From Octopus sinensis (taxonomy: Eukaryota): a stretch of 64,000 bases of DNA. The notes beneath the pieces were generated by a model, which saw only the letters and a program-made list of their open reading frames with translations, did not search any database and was not told where the DNA came from. Shown piece after piece: positions 50,018 to 62,193 of this stretch (position 1 is the first letter of the stretch; every line of letters begins with the position of its first letter). Location: NCBI RefSeq assembly GCF_006345805.1, contig NC_042998.1:205034001-205098000 (forward strand). Reading direction: 5' to 3'. The position numbers and the translations under genes are program-made.

Positions 50018-50765
50018 ACATGAGGTCACTTTTAGTGTTACTGATGACATGTAACCCAGCAGAACCAGTTGCATGGTTGACCCATTGGTCATTGAACTAG
50101 CAACTCAACTAAACCTTCTTGGTAAGGAAGGTGGTTTTTGTTGGACACTGTACAGGATGAAAACCAAAACTTGTCAAAGGGTAGATAAACTCCATAGAGT
50201 CGACAGCCATATTGAATAGCTGGGAGTGAGAGATCCCTGGTCTATCTAGAAAGGGTATGGCCTGGTCAGCCTGTAATGACATGCATAAGATCTGGTCATC
50301 AAATCTAAGTAGAGATTTCAAACTTAAAATCTTCAAAGCCACAGTCGAACCAATTCTACTATATGGCTCAGAAACCTGGACGTTATCAAAGAAGCTTGAG
50401 AGGCGGTTGGATGGAACCTACACTCGCCTCCTTATGAGAGCTCAAAATCTCTCGTGGAAGCGCCATCCAACCAAAGTACAAATATATGGGAAATTACCAC
50501 CTGTGTCATCTCTTGTGAAAGGTAGGAGAGTCCAGTTTGCTGGACATTGTTGTAGAGCTGAAAAAGAGGTAATTTCTACTCTTCTCCTCTGGAAGCCATC
50601 TGCTCGCGATACCAGAGGGCGCACACTCTGCTACCCTGATGTAATCTCCAGGGATACAGGCATCCAGCAACAGGACCTCCGTAATGCCATGATGGACCGC
50701 AAAGTCTGGCGTAACATAGTATATTCCATTGTCTCGACCACGGTCGAACAATGATGATGATGAGG
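50018..50765 (+). mobile_element. 5' module joined to an RTE 3' end, with (TGA)n tail
   Basis: ORF 50257-50754: LLYGSETWTL, RRVQFAGHCCR, DRKVWR; tail ATGATGATGATGA. Confidence 0.85.
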
Positions 50766-51510
50766 GTCTTTGTTTAGACATCTGTAAAGGAGGAAGGAAA
50801 CTGATGTAATACTTGTGACTTTGTTTGCATCTATTGATGGGGAATGGTTCTTTTAGGGATGGGACACAAATGCATAAGATCTTTAACGAGTAGGATTGAC
50901 CGTGTACAGAGCCTTTCTTCACTTTAGGAAATTTCAGACCCATCACTCGATTTTTAAGGTCAAAGTCTGTGGGGTGAAGAGTGGCTGTAAAGAGAATCCA
51001 GGTGAGCTCTGCGTGTGTATGTGTGTGTGTGTGTGTGCGTGTGCACATGTGCACATTTATGTGTGTGTGTGTGTGTGTGTGCATTTCTGTGGATGTTCTA
51101 GCCTTTCTTTCATTTGGTAAATTGTAATTATCAGCAGAAACTGGGTGAAACACTCGAGGGTGTGGTGAACTTTCTCTATTACAGTATGTGTGTGTGGGGG
51201 GCAATTGTTTTGATTTGAGCAGCAAAAATGGCTGTGCTCCTACGTCAGAAGATAAACATTGCCAGAGGTTGTGGAATACAATGTTATTGTTGGTATTTAG
51301 TGGAGGTGGGCAAGGTTGGAAGAGGAAGTTGTGTAGAGAACTTAAATGTTGATATTTACATCAAATCTGACCTCGCACAACTAATGAGCAGACATTAGAA
51401 TACCTGGGTACAGGTAGTCTTGTTGCTTGTAAACACACACACACACACACATGCATCCTGTGAATTTACAATGCTAAGTTTACCATGAAAATAATATTAT
51501 ATTTTATAAG

Positions 51511-51900
51511 ACAGTTCTATATTTAAGAGATGAGGAATTATGTACATTATTTACATTTAACAGATATTTGTCCTCATCTTGTTTGTTGTTTTGGCTGATA
51601 TACCCTCCAGCCTTCATCAGGTGTCTTGGGGAAATTGCAAACCTGAGTTCTTATTCCTAAGGTATTTTTCATTATTATTATTATTCAGGTCACTGCCTGG
51701 AATCGAACCCCAAGATTCTGAGTTCAATTCCAGGCAGTAACCTGAATAATAATAATAATAATAAATAATAATAATAACGAAAAATATCTTAGGAATGAGA
51801 GATTTCCCCAAGACACCTGATGAAGGCTGGAGGGTATATCAGCCGAAACGTGTTAACAACAAAAAAGATGAGGACAAATATCTGTCAAATGTAAATAATG
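51511..51900. mobile_element. Tail-out inverted dimer of a short B-box/hammerhead element, flanked by a 13-bp TSD
   Basis: TATATTTTATAAG at 51498-51510 and 51901-51913; arms are reverse complements around ~51715; B-box GGTTCGATTCC (minus, 51699-51709). Confidence 0.9.
51812..51854 (+). ncRNA. Minimal type-I hammerhead ribozyme-like motif (Penelope type), cleavage triplet apparently damaged
   Basis: GACAC-CTGATGA-A-GGCTG-(10-nt loop)-CAGCC-GAAA-CGTGTT; mirrored copy on minus at ~51585-51625 lacks the intact GAAA and stem III. Confidence 0.7.
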
Positions 51901-52624
51901 TATATTTTATAAGGGTTTAAAGGGAAGATGCAGTTTAACAGTGAAATTAAATTGTTCTGAAAGTAACAACCAGTAAACTCCCATAAATTCATTAACAGGT
52001 CCACCACTCCCTCTCCAACCATGCCGTGTCCTCAGGTACCTTAGCTGTGTTTTCTAGTGATATTTTAAACATTTCTAAAATCACAACAGCTCATGTACAA
52101 CACTTCAGTGGACTATATACCCAGCTGCAGCAGCAGCCGTCCAAGAATTTGGACCTGGAGATTTCTATTTCCAGTGACTTCTTGGGTCACCTCCCAGTGG
52201 TGTTGGGCATCAACGAAGAGCCCTCGACTACAACAAGATGACCAAAGTTTTTTCTTTTTTTCCAAGGTCTGGGGTCTCCCGCCCCTAAGCCCTCCACCAT
52301 CACCTAATCACCCTTAAACGTCTTGTTGCTTAACAACAGCAGCAAATATCACCAAAACGGAAATTCTGTAACTTCTGTTTACCTTCATGAGGGCCAACAT
52401 GGTTCCTGGGGATGGATGTGATAACCCTGCACGATTAGTGAGCTGTGTACAAAGAAGTTTTAGTGGTGGTCGTTATCTTATCACTGATGACATTGAACAG
52501 TAGAAAAGAAGGTCGGCTGTCTGTTAGAGTGAAGACGTCTCCATGCTTTTGTAACTCCAAACTGTTGTATTTACATCCATACAATAAATGAATGCAATTG
52601 AAAAATGTACATGTTTTTTTTTTT

Positions 52625-52850
52625 TTCACTACCCACAAGGGGCTAAACATAGAGGGGACAAACAAAGCCAGACAAAGGGATTAAGTCGATTACATCGACC
52701 CCAGTGTGTAACTGGTACTTTATTTATCAACCCCGAAAGGATGAAAGGCAAAGTCGACCTCGGCGGAATTTGAACTCAGAACGTAACGGCAGACGAAATA
52801 CCGCTAAGCATTTCGCCCGGTGTGCTAACGATTCTGCCAGCTCGCCACCT
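52625..52850 (-). mobile_element. SINE family A, well preserved
   Basis: Complete family core and tail. Confidence 0.9.
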
Positions 52851-53074
52851 TAATTGTTAACATGTTATCATGTAATGGGATAATTTAAATGCTGCCACTA
52901 AGCATTTTGCCCATCATGCTAACAATTCTGCCGGGTCACCACCTTTAATAATAATAGTAATGATAATAGTAATGATAATAATAATGAGTTTATTGTCTAC
53001 AGTGCTCAGGTGCACTATGACAGACTGAAAATTTGGAAAAGTGTAAAAGAGGGAATGGAAAGCAGATATGTATA

Positions 53075-53450
53075 GGCATAGGCATGGCTGTGTGGTGAGT
53101 AGCTTGCTTCCCAACCACATGGTTCCAGGTTCAGTCCCACTGCGTGGCACCTTGGGCAAGTGTCTTCTACTATAGCCTCGGGCCGACCAAAGCCTTGTGA
53201 GTGGATTTGGTAGACGGAAACTGAAAGAAGCCCGTTGTATGTATGTATATATATATATGTGTGTGTGTTTGTTCCCCCCAACATCGCTTGACAACCGATG
53301 CTGGTGTGTTAGTGTGCTCGTAACTTAGCAGTTCGGCAAAAGAGACCGATAGAATAAGTACTAGGCTTACAAAGAATAAGTCCTGGAGTCAACTTGCTCG
53401 ACTAAAGGCGGGGCTCCAGCATGGCCACAGTCAAATGACTGAAACAAGTA
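53075..53450 (+). mobile_element. SINE family B, well preserved
   Basis: Collinear with 36960-37325. Confidence 0.9.
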
Positions 53451-53454
53451 AAGT

Positions 53455-53640
53455 CAAGAAAGACAGCAACAAAGAATTTAGAGAAGAAAACCTGAAAAGG
53501 GTGCCAAGTGAGGAATTGGTGAATTTCAGGAAGCATGGAATATTTTTGAAAGAAACAATGTCCTGACAGAAGAACAACTGATGTGGATAGTTTAGCCCAG
53601 GCTTCATCAATTCTGAGCTGGAAAAAAATGGTTCCAAAAG
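53455..53640 (-). mobile_element. CR1/L2-like LINE 3' remnant
   Basis: FFQLRIDEAWAKLSTSVV resembles the CR1-type terminal motif and the 57-kb copy. Confidence 0.6.
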
Positions 53641-54374
53641 TCATGGGCGCAGAAGCTCACACACACACACACCTTCCCATAGAAACTTCTACATACACAC
53701 ATACATGTCCACACACATCCACACACACACACACACACTTTCAGAGTTGTTCATCATCTTGAAACACTTGAGATGTTAATTAAAAAGCACTTTGTAATTT
53801 GATTATTATACAATCTTAATTAAATATACTTCCTAATTAACAGATTTTCATGTGTAATATATACATAACACTGAAAGTTAATCTCTAAATTAATTATGTT
53901 AATTATGACTGTTTATAAAGCAACAGCACAAATCCAGACAGAACTGCTTAACGAAGCCAGGCGTTGGGTGATCAGATTTCACATAATAATTAAGTGAGCT
54001 TATGAACTGATAAACTAAAGTTATCCATGCAATTTGTAGAAAAACTCTCCCTCTTTAGAGCTTTCTGTCTTTTCACATTTTCATGTTTAATGACTGAATC
54101 TGGCCTTGTGGTTACGGTGTTGGATTTACAATCATCCTGCCATGTGTTCAATTCCTACACCAGGTGATAATCTCTGTCCTTGAGCAAGGTACTTGATTTC
54201 ATGTTGTTCCAATCTGCTCCACTGAAGCAAGTGCTGGTGCTGTCCTCTCTCTCTCTCCCTTCTGCGTCCTCATCCTTGAAGTTCTAAGTTAAGCGTGGTA
54301 GGATCAAGTGGGTGCCTAAGACTTCTCACAACCAAACCCTAAATACACATCAAGTCCCTTGCAAGTGATGGCTG

Positions 54375-54685
54375 TGAAGGTGACTAAGTGGTCAGGGCAT
54401 TCAGCTCATGATTGTAAGGTTGTGAGTTCAATTCCCTGTGGTGTATTGTGTCCTGCTCAAGTAAGGCAATATCTGTTACCTTGCTCCAGTTCACTCAGCT
54501 GGCAAAAATGAATTATACCAGTAATTCAAAAGGGGCTGGTCTTGTCACATCGTGTGTTATGCTGAATTTCCCTGAGAACTACATCATGGGTACATGTGTC
54601 TGTGGAGTGCTCAGCCACTTGCATGTTAGTTCCACAAACAGGCTGATCCATTGATCGGATCTACTGGAACACTCATCGTCATAAG
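54375..54685 (+). mobile_element. tRNA-derived SINE, diverged
   Basis: TGACTAAGTGG A-box, GAGTTCAATTCC B-box; TTGCTCCAGTTCACTCAGCTG shared with 49725. Confidence 0.7.
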
Positions 54686-54959
54686 CCAATATTGTTGTTT
54701 AGACACAGGCTTATTGCCAAATATGGTTTAGCCATGACCGCCCTGTCTTATTCGATATACCTTGACAGTCCATACAGGCACTTCAACACTGCTATTTTTA
54801 TCTCTTGATGAACCCCCACCCTATCCACTCTTCGAAAGTATGAGTAACCATTTGGCCTGCCCCACCTTTGTAAAAAACCTGTTCTCCTCTGGCCCCTTAT
54901 CTCACACTATGACCCTTCATTTTCTAGTATAGAGCCACCTCTCTTGGAGAGTTTTGCAA

Positions 54960-55165
54960 GATGCATGCCAACCCTGCTAGTGCTGGTGGCACGAAAGAAG
55001 CACCCAGTGCCCTCTGTAAAATGGTTGGCATTAGGAAGGGCATCTGGCTGTAGAAACAAAACCAAGGCCCATACTGGAGCACCATGCGGCTCTTGAACCC
55101 ATTGGATTCTGTCAAACCATCCCAACCCATGTCAGCTTGGAACATGAACCTTTGATGATGATGAG
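54960..55165 (+). mobile_element. RTE 3' tail module copy
   Basis: GGTTGGCATTAGGAAGGGCATC...AACCCATG...GATGATGATG. Confidence 0.75.
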
Positions 55166-56124
55166 GATACCCAATGTGTCCTTGAAGAATTTTAGTTGAC
55201 CCTGATGCTTATTCTGTCATTCTCTTTTGTTGAACCACTAAGTTATAGGGATGTAAATACTATAGCTCTGGTTGTCAAACGTTAGAAAAGGACAAACACA
55301 CACACTCACACGATGGGCTTCTTCCAGTTTCCTTCTATCAAATCCACTCACAAGGCTTTGGTCACTGTGAGGTTATAGTAGAAGACACTTGCCCAAGGTG
55401 CCACATGGTGGGACTGAACCTGGAACCATAGGATTGGGAAGAAAACTTCTTCAACGCACAGACATCCCACTATTTATTTTTTAATGTCTGCTTTGTATTC
55501 TATCAATATTTTTTTGCTGTACAGCTACATTATGAGGGATGTAAACAAACCAGCACACACATAACAGGCTTCCATATAGTTTCTATGTACCAGATTCACA
55601 CACAGGGCATTGGTTGATCTGGGACTAAAGCAGAAGATTCTTGCTCAAGGTGCCCCACTCAGTGGAACTGAATGCCAAAGCCACATGCTTGCAAGAATAT
55701 TAAATCAACCCCAGTAGTTGACTGGTATTTTGTTATTGACCCTAAAAGGATGAAAGACAAAGTCGATCTCTGTGGAATTTGAACCTTAATAACTAAATAC
55801 CACAAGGCATTTCACCTGATGCTCTACCGATTCTACTAATCAACTGGTTGAGTGCTTAAGAAACCATTTATAATGTTTTTGAGATTATTAACTCCAGTTC
55901 TGTGTTGATTTTTAATGGAAGACACTCCAGCCGAGACCATCCTGCCTTTATTCCAGGTGTAGTCTATCTTGGACTACATTACTAAACTTTTTACCATTTA
56001 AACTGGCCATGTCTGGCTCCAATATTCTACCTGTGTCATATGTTAATCAGCCACATCCAGCTTCTCACACCTACCCATCAATGCCATTCTAAAAATATAC
56101 ACTCACATCAAAGCTACAAAATAA

Positions 56125-56355
56125 TGCATGATTATCATCGTTTATCGTTTAACGTCCGCTTTCCATGCTGGCATGGGTTGGACGATTTGACTGAGGACTG
56201 GCGAGCCAGAGGCTGCACCAGGCTCCAATCTGATCTGGCAGAGTTTCTACAGCTGGATGCCCTTCCTAACGCCAACCACTCCGAGAGTGTAGTGGGTGCT
56301 TTTACGTGCCACCGGCACGAGGGCCAGTCAGGCGGTACTGGCAATGGCCACACTT
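56125..56355 (-). mobile_element. RTE 3' tail module copy
   Basis: Reverse complement of 61440-61640. Confidence 0.85.
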
Positions 56356-56877
56356 AAATGGTGATTAATTAAAAACAATTTGAAATTCAAGTAAATAATC
56401 TGAATGCTAAATGGTTAATGTGTGCTCCTGTTTTTAAAACAGGAATAGAGAATGATTTGAAAGAAAAGTAGCTGTTATTTCTAGCAGGTCATGTCGCATA
56501 GAGGTTGCACCATTGGTTGGTACAGTGACATATTGCAAAGAGAAGGATATACAGTGGGATGGTACTTTTAACCTTAGATATTACTGGTATCTGATTCATT
56601 GGTCCCTGATTAATGAAAGACCATACTAATTCATTTTATAGACCTCTCTGCAATACTTAAGGTCTCTTTAAGGAAGGATTACCATCAATTCTTTATTCAT
56701 TCTTTGATATATTTGGTTCCTTATTTGGTAGTTTCCAAAATATTGAAGAGTCAAGTCTATCCTTGATAGATGAAAGGTTAAAAATTACACCAAACGAATA
56801 ATAAATGGCTTCAACCTAAATTGCCATAAAACTCGAAAAGTATTTCTTGAGATTTTGTTTTTTGTATCAAATATTTC

Positions 56878-56879
<2 letters not shown>

Positions 56880-56918
<39 letters not shown>

Positions 56919-57330
56919 AATTATTGTATCAGTGCTCAGGTGCCCCACAACTTGTCAAAAAGTGCATATAAAGCATATGCAGTAATGTACAAATGTCTGG
57001 GAAGTGAACAGTGTATGAGTCAGATCCATGCTTGCGTGTGCATGGAGGGGAGAAAACCAGGTGTAGTGTTGGCGAATCTCAGGAAGCATGGAAGCTTTGA
57101 AGGATGCAGTGCTCCGACAACTAGCAACTGATGCCGGCAGTTTGTTCCATGCTTCAGCAACTCTTAGTGTGAAAAAATGTTTCCGAAAGTTCTCTCTGCT
57201 AGAATAAAAGTTCCTATGTTGTCTTAAACCTATATTCTAGGAATAAGGAACGTAAATGTTGGTTGGGTGGCAGACATTATTGCTAGCTGGGATAATTTCT
57301 AAACAACTGTCTCACTTTATTCACACCAAT
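56880..57330 (-). mobile_element. CR1/L2-like LINE 3' end next to a (TAA)n run
   Basis: Minus strand HFFTLRVAEAWNKLPASVASCRSTASFKASML. Confidence 0.75.
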
Positions 57331-58289
57331 TTGTCTGCAGAGAGGAATCTTCTCCATGACAAAATACAGTGAATGGCTTTCTTACGGGTCCAAATATGCC
57401 GGAAGCATATTAGAACTGGTAACAAGTTTGTATTTCTACACACCATTGCTTAACACTGTCACCGTGCATGTTATTTACAGCAAGCCATAGAATAGCTCAA
57501 CCAGTCATTGAACGATGAAGCGAATATCATCAAGAGGTGGGACCCGTCTCTCATGTCAATTCACAGTGTCTCCCTCTCTGGTTTCTGCTGCTGAAGAGGA
57601 GATATAACTCAGCAATGCCATTTGCATCAAACACAATAGTTACGACTGTGTCCACATATTTAGCTTAGAGAGAATTATTTGTAAAAGAAACTATTTGAAA
57701 TAATTACGAGGTGGGAATTCCAGTGTAAATATATCAGACTGAATGTTGATGCTGGAGACTGGAAATTGTTTAGAGGAGTTGAAAGAGAGGCAGCATCCTT
57801 ACAAGAGATGAAATATTGAATTATCAGTTTGTGTTGCAAACCTAACAATTCTGCAAATCTCCATTGCTTTCAACATTCGTTCTCCAATGGCAACAACAGG
57901 TCCTTCAAAATTCCTTAACAGTTCCTTTCAAGAGTGTTGACTGTTGCATGGAAATGCAAAACAAAATTAAACTGAAAGAAGAAGGGGGGGGGTTATTGTA
58001 ATCATCTTCTAACCTCTTTTGTTCTATTCCAACACATGTTTTCCATTATCAGAACACAAACTTTGCAAAGAAGAAAGAAGAAACCTTATTAAAATCCGTG
58101 TTGGAACTGGAATTATATTCAATTGAAGATGGACTTTCAAAAGTGTTCAATATGATGTTCTTTGGTTACCTGTATATTATCATTATTGTTGATTTGACAC
58201 TGGTTCATTCTTATTCCCAGTAGAATTTATGTGGGTAGTGGATTACCACCTGTAACCTCAGATAACCATAAGCTTTCAATAGTCTTTCA

Positions 58290-58480
58290 AGTGCTTAAGA
58301 CCCTCCAGATAATCTTTCCTGTCCCTAAAAGGCAATTTTTTATAGGAGCTCTACTGGACATTCTATTCCAGTCTCTTTCAACCATTTCTTTATATCTTTG
58401 CTCACAGTTCCCAAGGCACCAATTATTATTATAGCCACAACCTTTACACTTTTCATATTCCAAATTCTTGCAATTTCAAA
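58290..58480 (-). mobile_element. RLE LINE C-terminal fragment
   Basis: EIARIWNMKSVKVVAIIIIGALGTVSKDIKKWL. Confidence 0.75.
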
Positions 58481-59002
58481 TTTTAAGGGTTGCATTTTCT
58501 ACTCTGAATACACTTTTCCAAGCAGGAGGAAAGAAACTGGAAGAGGGCACTTTCCCATGCCTTGGCAGGGTAATTCGGGATTTTTGTGTGGGGTTTATCC
58601 TGGATTACCCTAAGTGGACTGCCCCACTATTGGGGATTCTATTTATTTATATCTCTACTTTCTATTATATATCTTTTGGTATATCTTTTAGTGTGGCAGT
58701 ATCTCTCCTTGATTGATATTAACCCCACATGTTGTAGTTTTTGTAATTTTTTCATACTGTAACTTGTCCTTTGATATTCTCCTCCATGTCTTGGCCAATA
58801 AAAGAAATCACCATCATCATCATCATTATTATTATTATTATATGGAAACTCACAGCTTGTTTTGCTGTGTATAATGGAAAGTGTTAACTGTCCGTAGCCA
58901 GCTGACTAAGGTGACATTTGTTTACTGGTCATGCATCGAGGACCCTTGGAAGAATTCTTGTTCCAGTTTTTTTCAGCCAGAGCCACTAACCTGCTGAGAG
59001 CC

Positions 59003-61645
59003 ACTAACCAGATCTGTGGTTGGTGCAAAGTCCCATCTTGACCCAAGGCAACAGGTGGAACAATGTGGTTGACAGGGCTATTAGACAAAAGAAACAGGCT
59101 TGGAGGGACTGGAAGAATGGAGGTAGCAAGGAATTGTATCAGACCGCCAGAAGGGAAGCTAAGAGACAGGTTTATTTAGCCAGAGGGGAAGCAGATAAGA
59201 AAAAATTTGCCAATGTTCTGAGCCGTGAGGACGAAAGACTTGAAGTATTTCGAGTTGCAAGACAGTGTGTGAGAGAGAATCGTGATGTGGTAGGAGAGAA
59301 ATGTGTTCGCATGGATGATGGTTCACTTGCGCTAAATGAGGATGCAAAGAGAGAGGTTTGGAGACGCCACTATGAAAGGTTGCTGAATGAGGAAAATGAA
59401 TGGGATAAAGAGAGTCTGCCAAATGTCGACCTAACAGAGGGACCAGCTATCTGAATTGACAGTACCTTGGTACTTAAAGCAATCAAGAGTATGAAGACAG
59501 GGAAAGCCCCTGGCCCATCAGGAATTACTGCAGAGATGCTCAAAATATCTGGCAGTGTTGGCTATAGCCTAGTCACTCCTATAGTTAACCAGGTGATACA
59601 CGAATGAGTCATACCCAATGACTGGTTTAGCAGCACCATAGTCAACTGCTACAAAAGTAAAGGTGACGCCTTAGATACAAATAATTACAGAGGTATCAAG
59701 TTGCTGGATCAGGTAATGAAGGTCATGGAGAGGGTCATAGCCCAACTAATTAGAGAAAGAGTCAGTTTAGATGAGATGCAGTTTGGGTTCGTGCCAGGGA
59801 AAAGCACCACTGATGCTATATTCCTGGTAAGGCAGTTGCAGGAGAAATACCTAGCCAAAGATAAACCTCTGTACCTGGCTTTCGTTGACATGGAGAAAGC
59901 CTTTGACAGGGTCCCCCGATCCCTTATCTGGTGGTTAATGAGGAAACTAGGGATAGATGAATGGTTATTGAGAGCTGTGCAAGCCATGTACAGGGATGCC
60001 GTCAGTAAGGTGAGGGTTGGCAATGTGTACAGTGAAGAATTCCGGGTAGAGGTAGGGGTCCACCAAGGCTCAGTACTCAGCCCCCTCCTATTTATCATAG
60101 TTCTCCAGGCAATAACAGAGGAATTCAGGACAGGATGCTTCTGGGAGCTCCTCTATGCTGATGACCTTGCTCTAATTGCTGAGTCACTATCAGAACTGGA
60201 GAAGTTTCAGGTGTGGAAGCAAGGATTAGAATCGAAGGGCCTTAGAGTCAACCTAGCTAAAACCAAAGTCCTAATAAGTAGGAAGGTAGACAAATCACAA
60301 ACGCCTTCAGGTAGATGTCCCTGCTCGATCTGTAGAAAAGGCGTAGGTAGAAACTCTATAAGATGTACCAAGTGTAAGCTATGGACACATAAAAGATGCA
60401 GCAATGTCAAAGGAAGGCTAACTGGGAAGATAGTTTTTGTTTGTGGCAGATGCTCAGGAGCAATAAATACTGAAAATGTGCAGAGACCAACTTCTGCCAC
60501 TTTCCAGGGAGAAAAACTAGAAATAGTTGATAGCTTCCGTTACCTAGGTGACCAAGTCAGTAGCGGGGGAGGGTGCGATGGAAGCGTAGCTGCTAGAATA
60601 AGAATAGCCTGGGCAAAGCTCAGAGAACTCTTACCTCTGCTGGTGACAAAAGGCCTCTCACTCAGAGTAAAAGGCAGACTGTATGATGCATGTGTACGAA
60701 CAGCCATACTACATGGCAGTGAAACATGGGCCGTGACTGCTGAGGATATGCATAAGCTCACAAGAAATGAAGCCAGTATGCTCCGATGGATGTGTAATGT
60801 CAGTGTTCATACTCGACAGAGTGTAAGTACCTTGAGAGAAAAGTTGAACCTAAGAAGCATCAGTTGTGGTGTGCAAGAGAGACGTTTGCGCTGGTATGGG
60901 CATGTGGCGAGAATGGATGAAGATAGTTGTGTGAAAAAGTGCCACACCCTAGCGGTTGAGGGAACCTGCGGAAGAGGCAGACCCAGGAAAACCTGGTACG
61001 AGGTGGTGAAGCACGACCTTTGAACTTTAGGTCTCACCGAGGAAATGACTAGAGACCGAGACCTTTGGAAGTATGCTGTGCGTGAGAAGACCCGGCAGGA
61101 CAAGTGAGGCCATAATTCCATGGCCTCTACCTGGGATGTAGCCAGTCCACTTATGCATACCTTTCCTTCTTGGGACACAAAGCTCCACTTGTGAAGACTT
61201 GTTGAGGCATGTGAAAATCAAAATCAAAATCGATCAACATCAGTGGAATTTGTAGCTGTGATACCAGTGCTGGTGGCACGTAAGAGAACCGTCCGAACGT
61301 GGCCATAGCCAGCGCCGCCCTGACTGGCTTCCATGCCGGTGGCATGTAAAAAGCACCATCCAACCGTGGTCATTGCCAGCTTCGTCTGGTCTCCGTGCCG
61401 GTGGCACATAAAAAGCACCATCCAATCGTGGCCATTTGCCAGGCTCGTCTTCCACCTGTGCCGGTGGCACGTAAAAAGCACCCACTACACTCACGGAGTG
61501 GTTGGCGTTAGGAAGGACATCCAGCCGTAGAAACATTGCCAGATCAGACTGGGCCTGGTGCAGCCTTCTGGCTTCCCAGACCCCAGTTGAACCGTCCAAC
61601 CCATGCTAGCATGGAAAGCGGACGTTAAACAATGATGATGATGAT
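59003..61645 (+). mobile_element. 5'-truncated RTE LINE (RT with internal PHD-type finger), long 3'UTR with ~62-bp internal repeats and (ATG)n tail
   Basis: GKAPGPSGI, NYRGIKLL, FVDMEKAFD, GVHQGSVLSPLLF, LYADDL, FRYLGD, LRWYGHV; tail ATGATGATGATGATGA at ~61631-61646. Confidence 0.95.
59701..61023 (+). pseudogene. 440-aa open stretch of the RTE reverse-transcriptase ORF (upstream portion has stops; endonuclease absent)
   Basis: ORF track plus RT motifs. Confidence 0.85.
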
Positions 61646-61649
61646 GAAG

Positions 61650-61795
61650 AACGCAAAACATCCGGATAACTAGGTGATACAAAAAGGACAACAAAACATT
61701 CAGATAAGTGATACAAAAAACACGGACGGGTCATTCGAAGCCTTTTATCCTCGGTCAAGAACCGGATCATCCTCGCAATTTCGGCTGATATATAT
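61650..61795 (-). mobile_element. Second copy of the repeat at 4915-5068
   Basis: TCAAGAACCGGATCATC...AATTTCGGCTGAT shared. Confidence 0.55.
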
Positions 61796-62161
61796 AGACG
61801 TGTGTGTGTGTGTGCAGAAAATAGTGCTCCAGTCTGGACTTGGTTGTGATGTTTAAAAGAAACTTAAGAACTGTATGTCTGCTTGTATGGGTTTGTGTGT
61901 GTGTGTGTGTGTGTGTATACAATTGTTGTGACTGTATGTGTGTGTGTGTGTGTGAATATATGTTGGTAGAAATGGTTTAGTGGTACAAACAGGAAAATAG
62001 AACTCAAAACACCATTTGGAACCAGATTGATAAATGGCAATGCATGAAACTTTCGTTCTTTGAGTCACTCTCTGACTTCTGTTGATTAATCATAGAATGC
62101 AAAGATGTGTACCTGTTGTGTACATAGGTGGGTATGCAAGTGCACACACACACATCCATTC

Positions 62162-62193
<32 letters not shown>

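Noticed and set aside
57340-57960. Possible decayed coding fragment on minus (KELLRNFEGPVVAIGERML..., VVTIVFDA)
   Set aside because: Multiple stops and no diagnostic motif; cannot assign.
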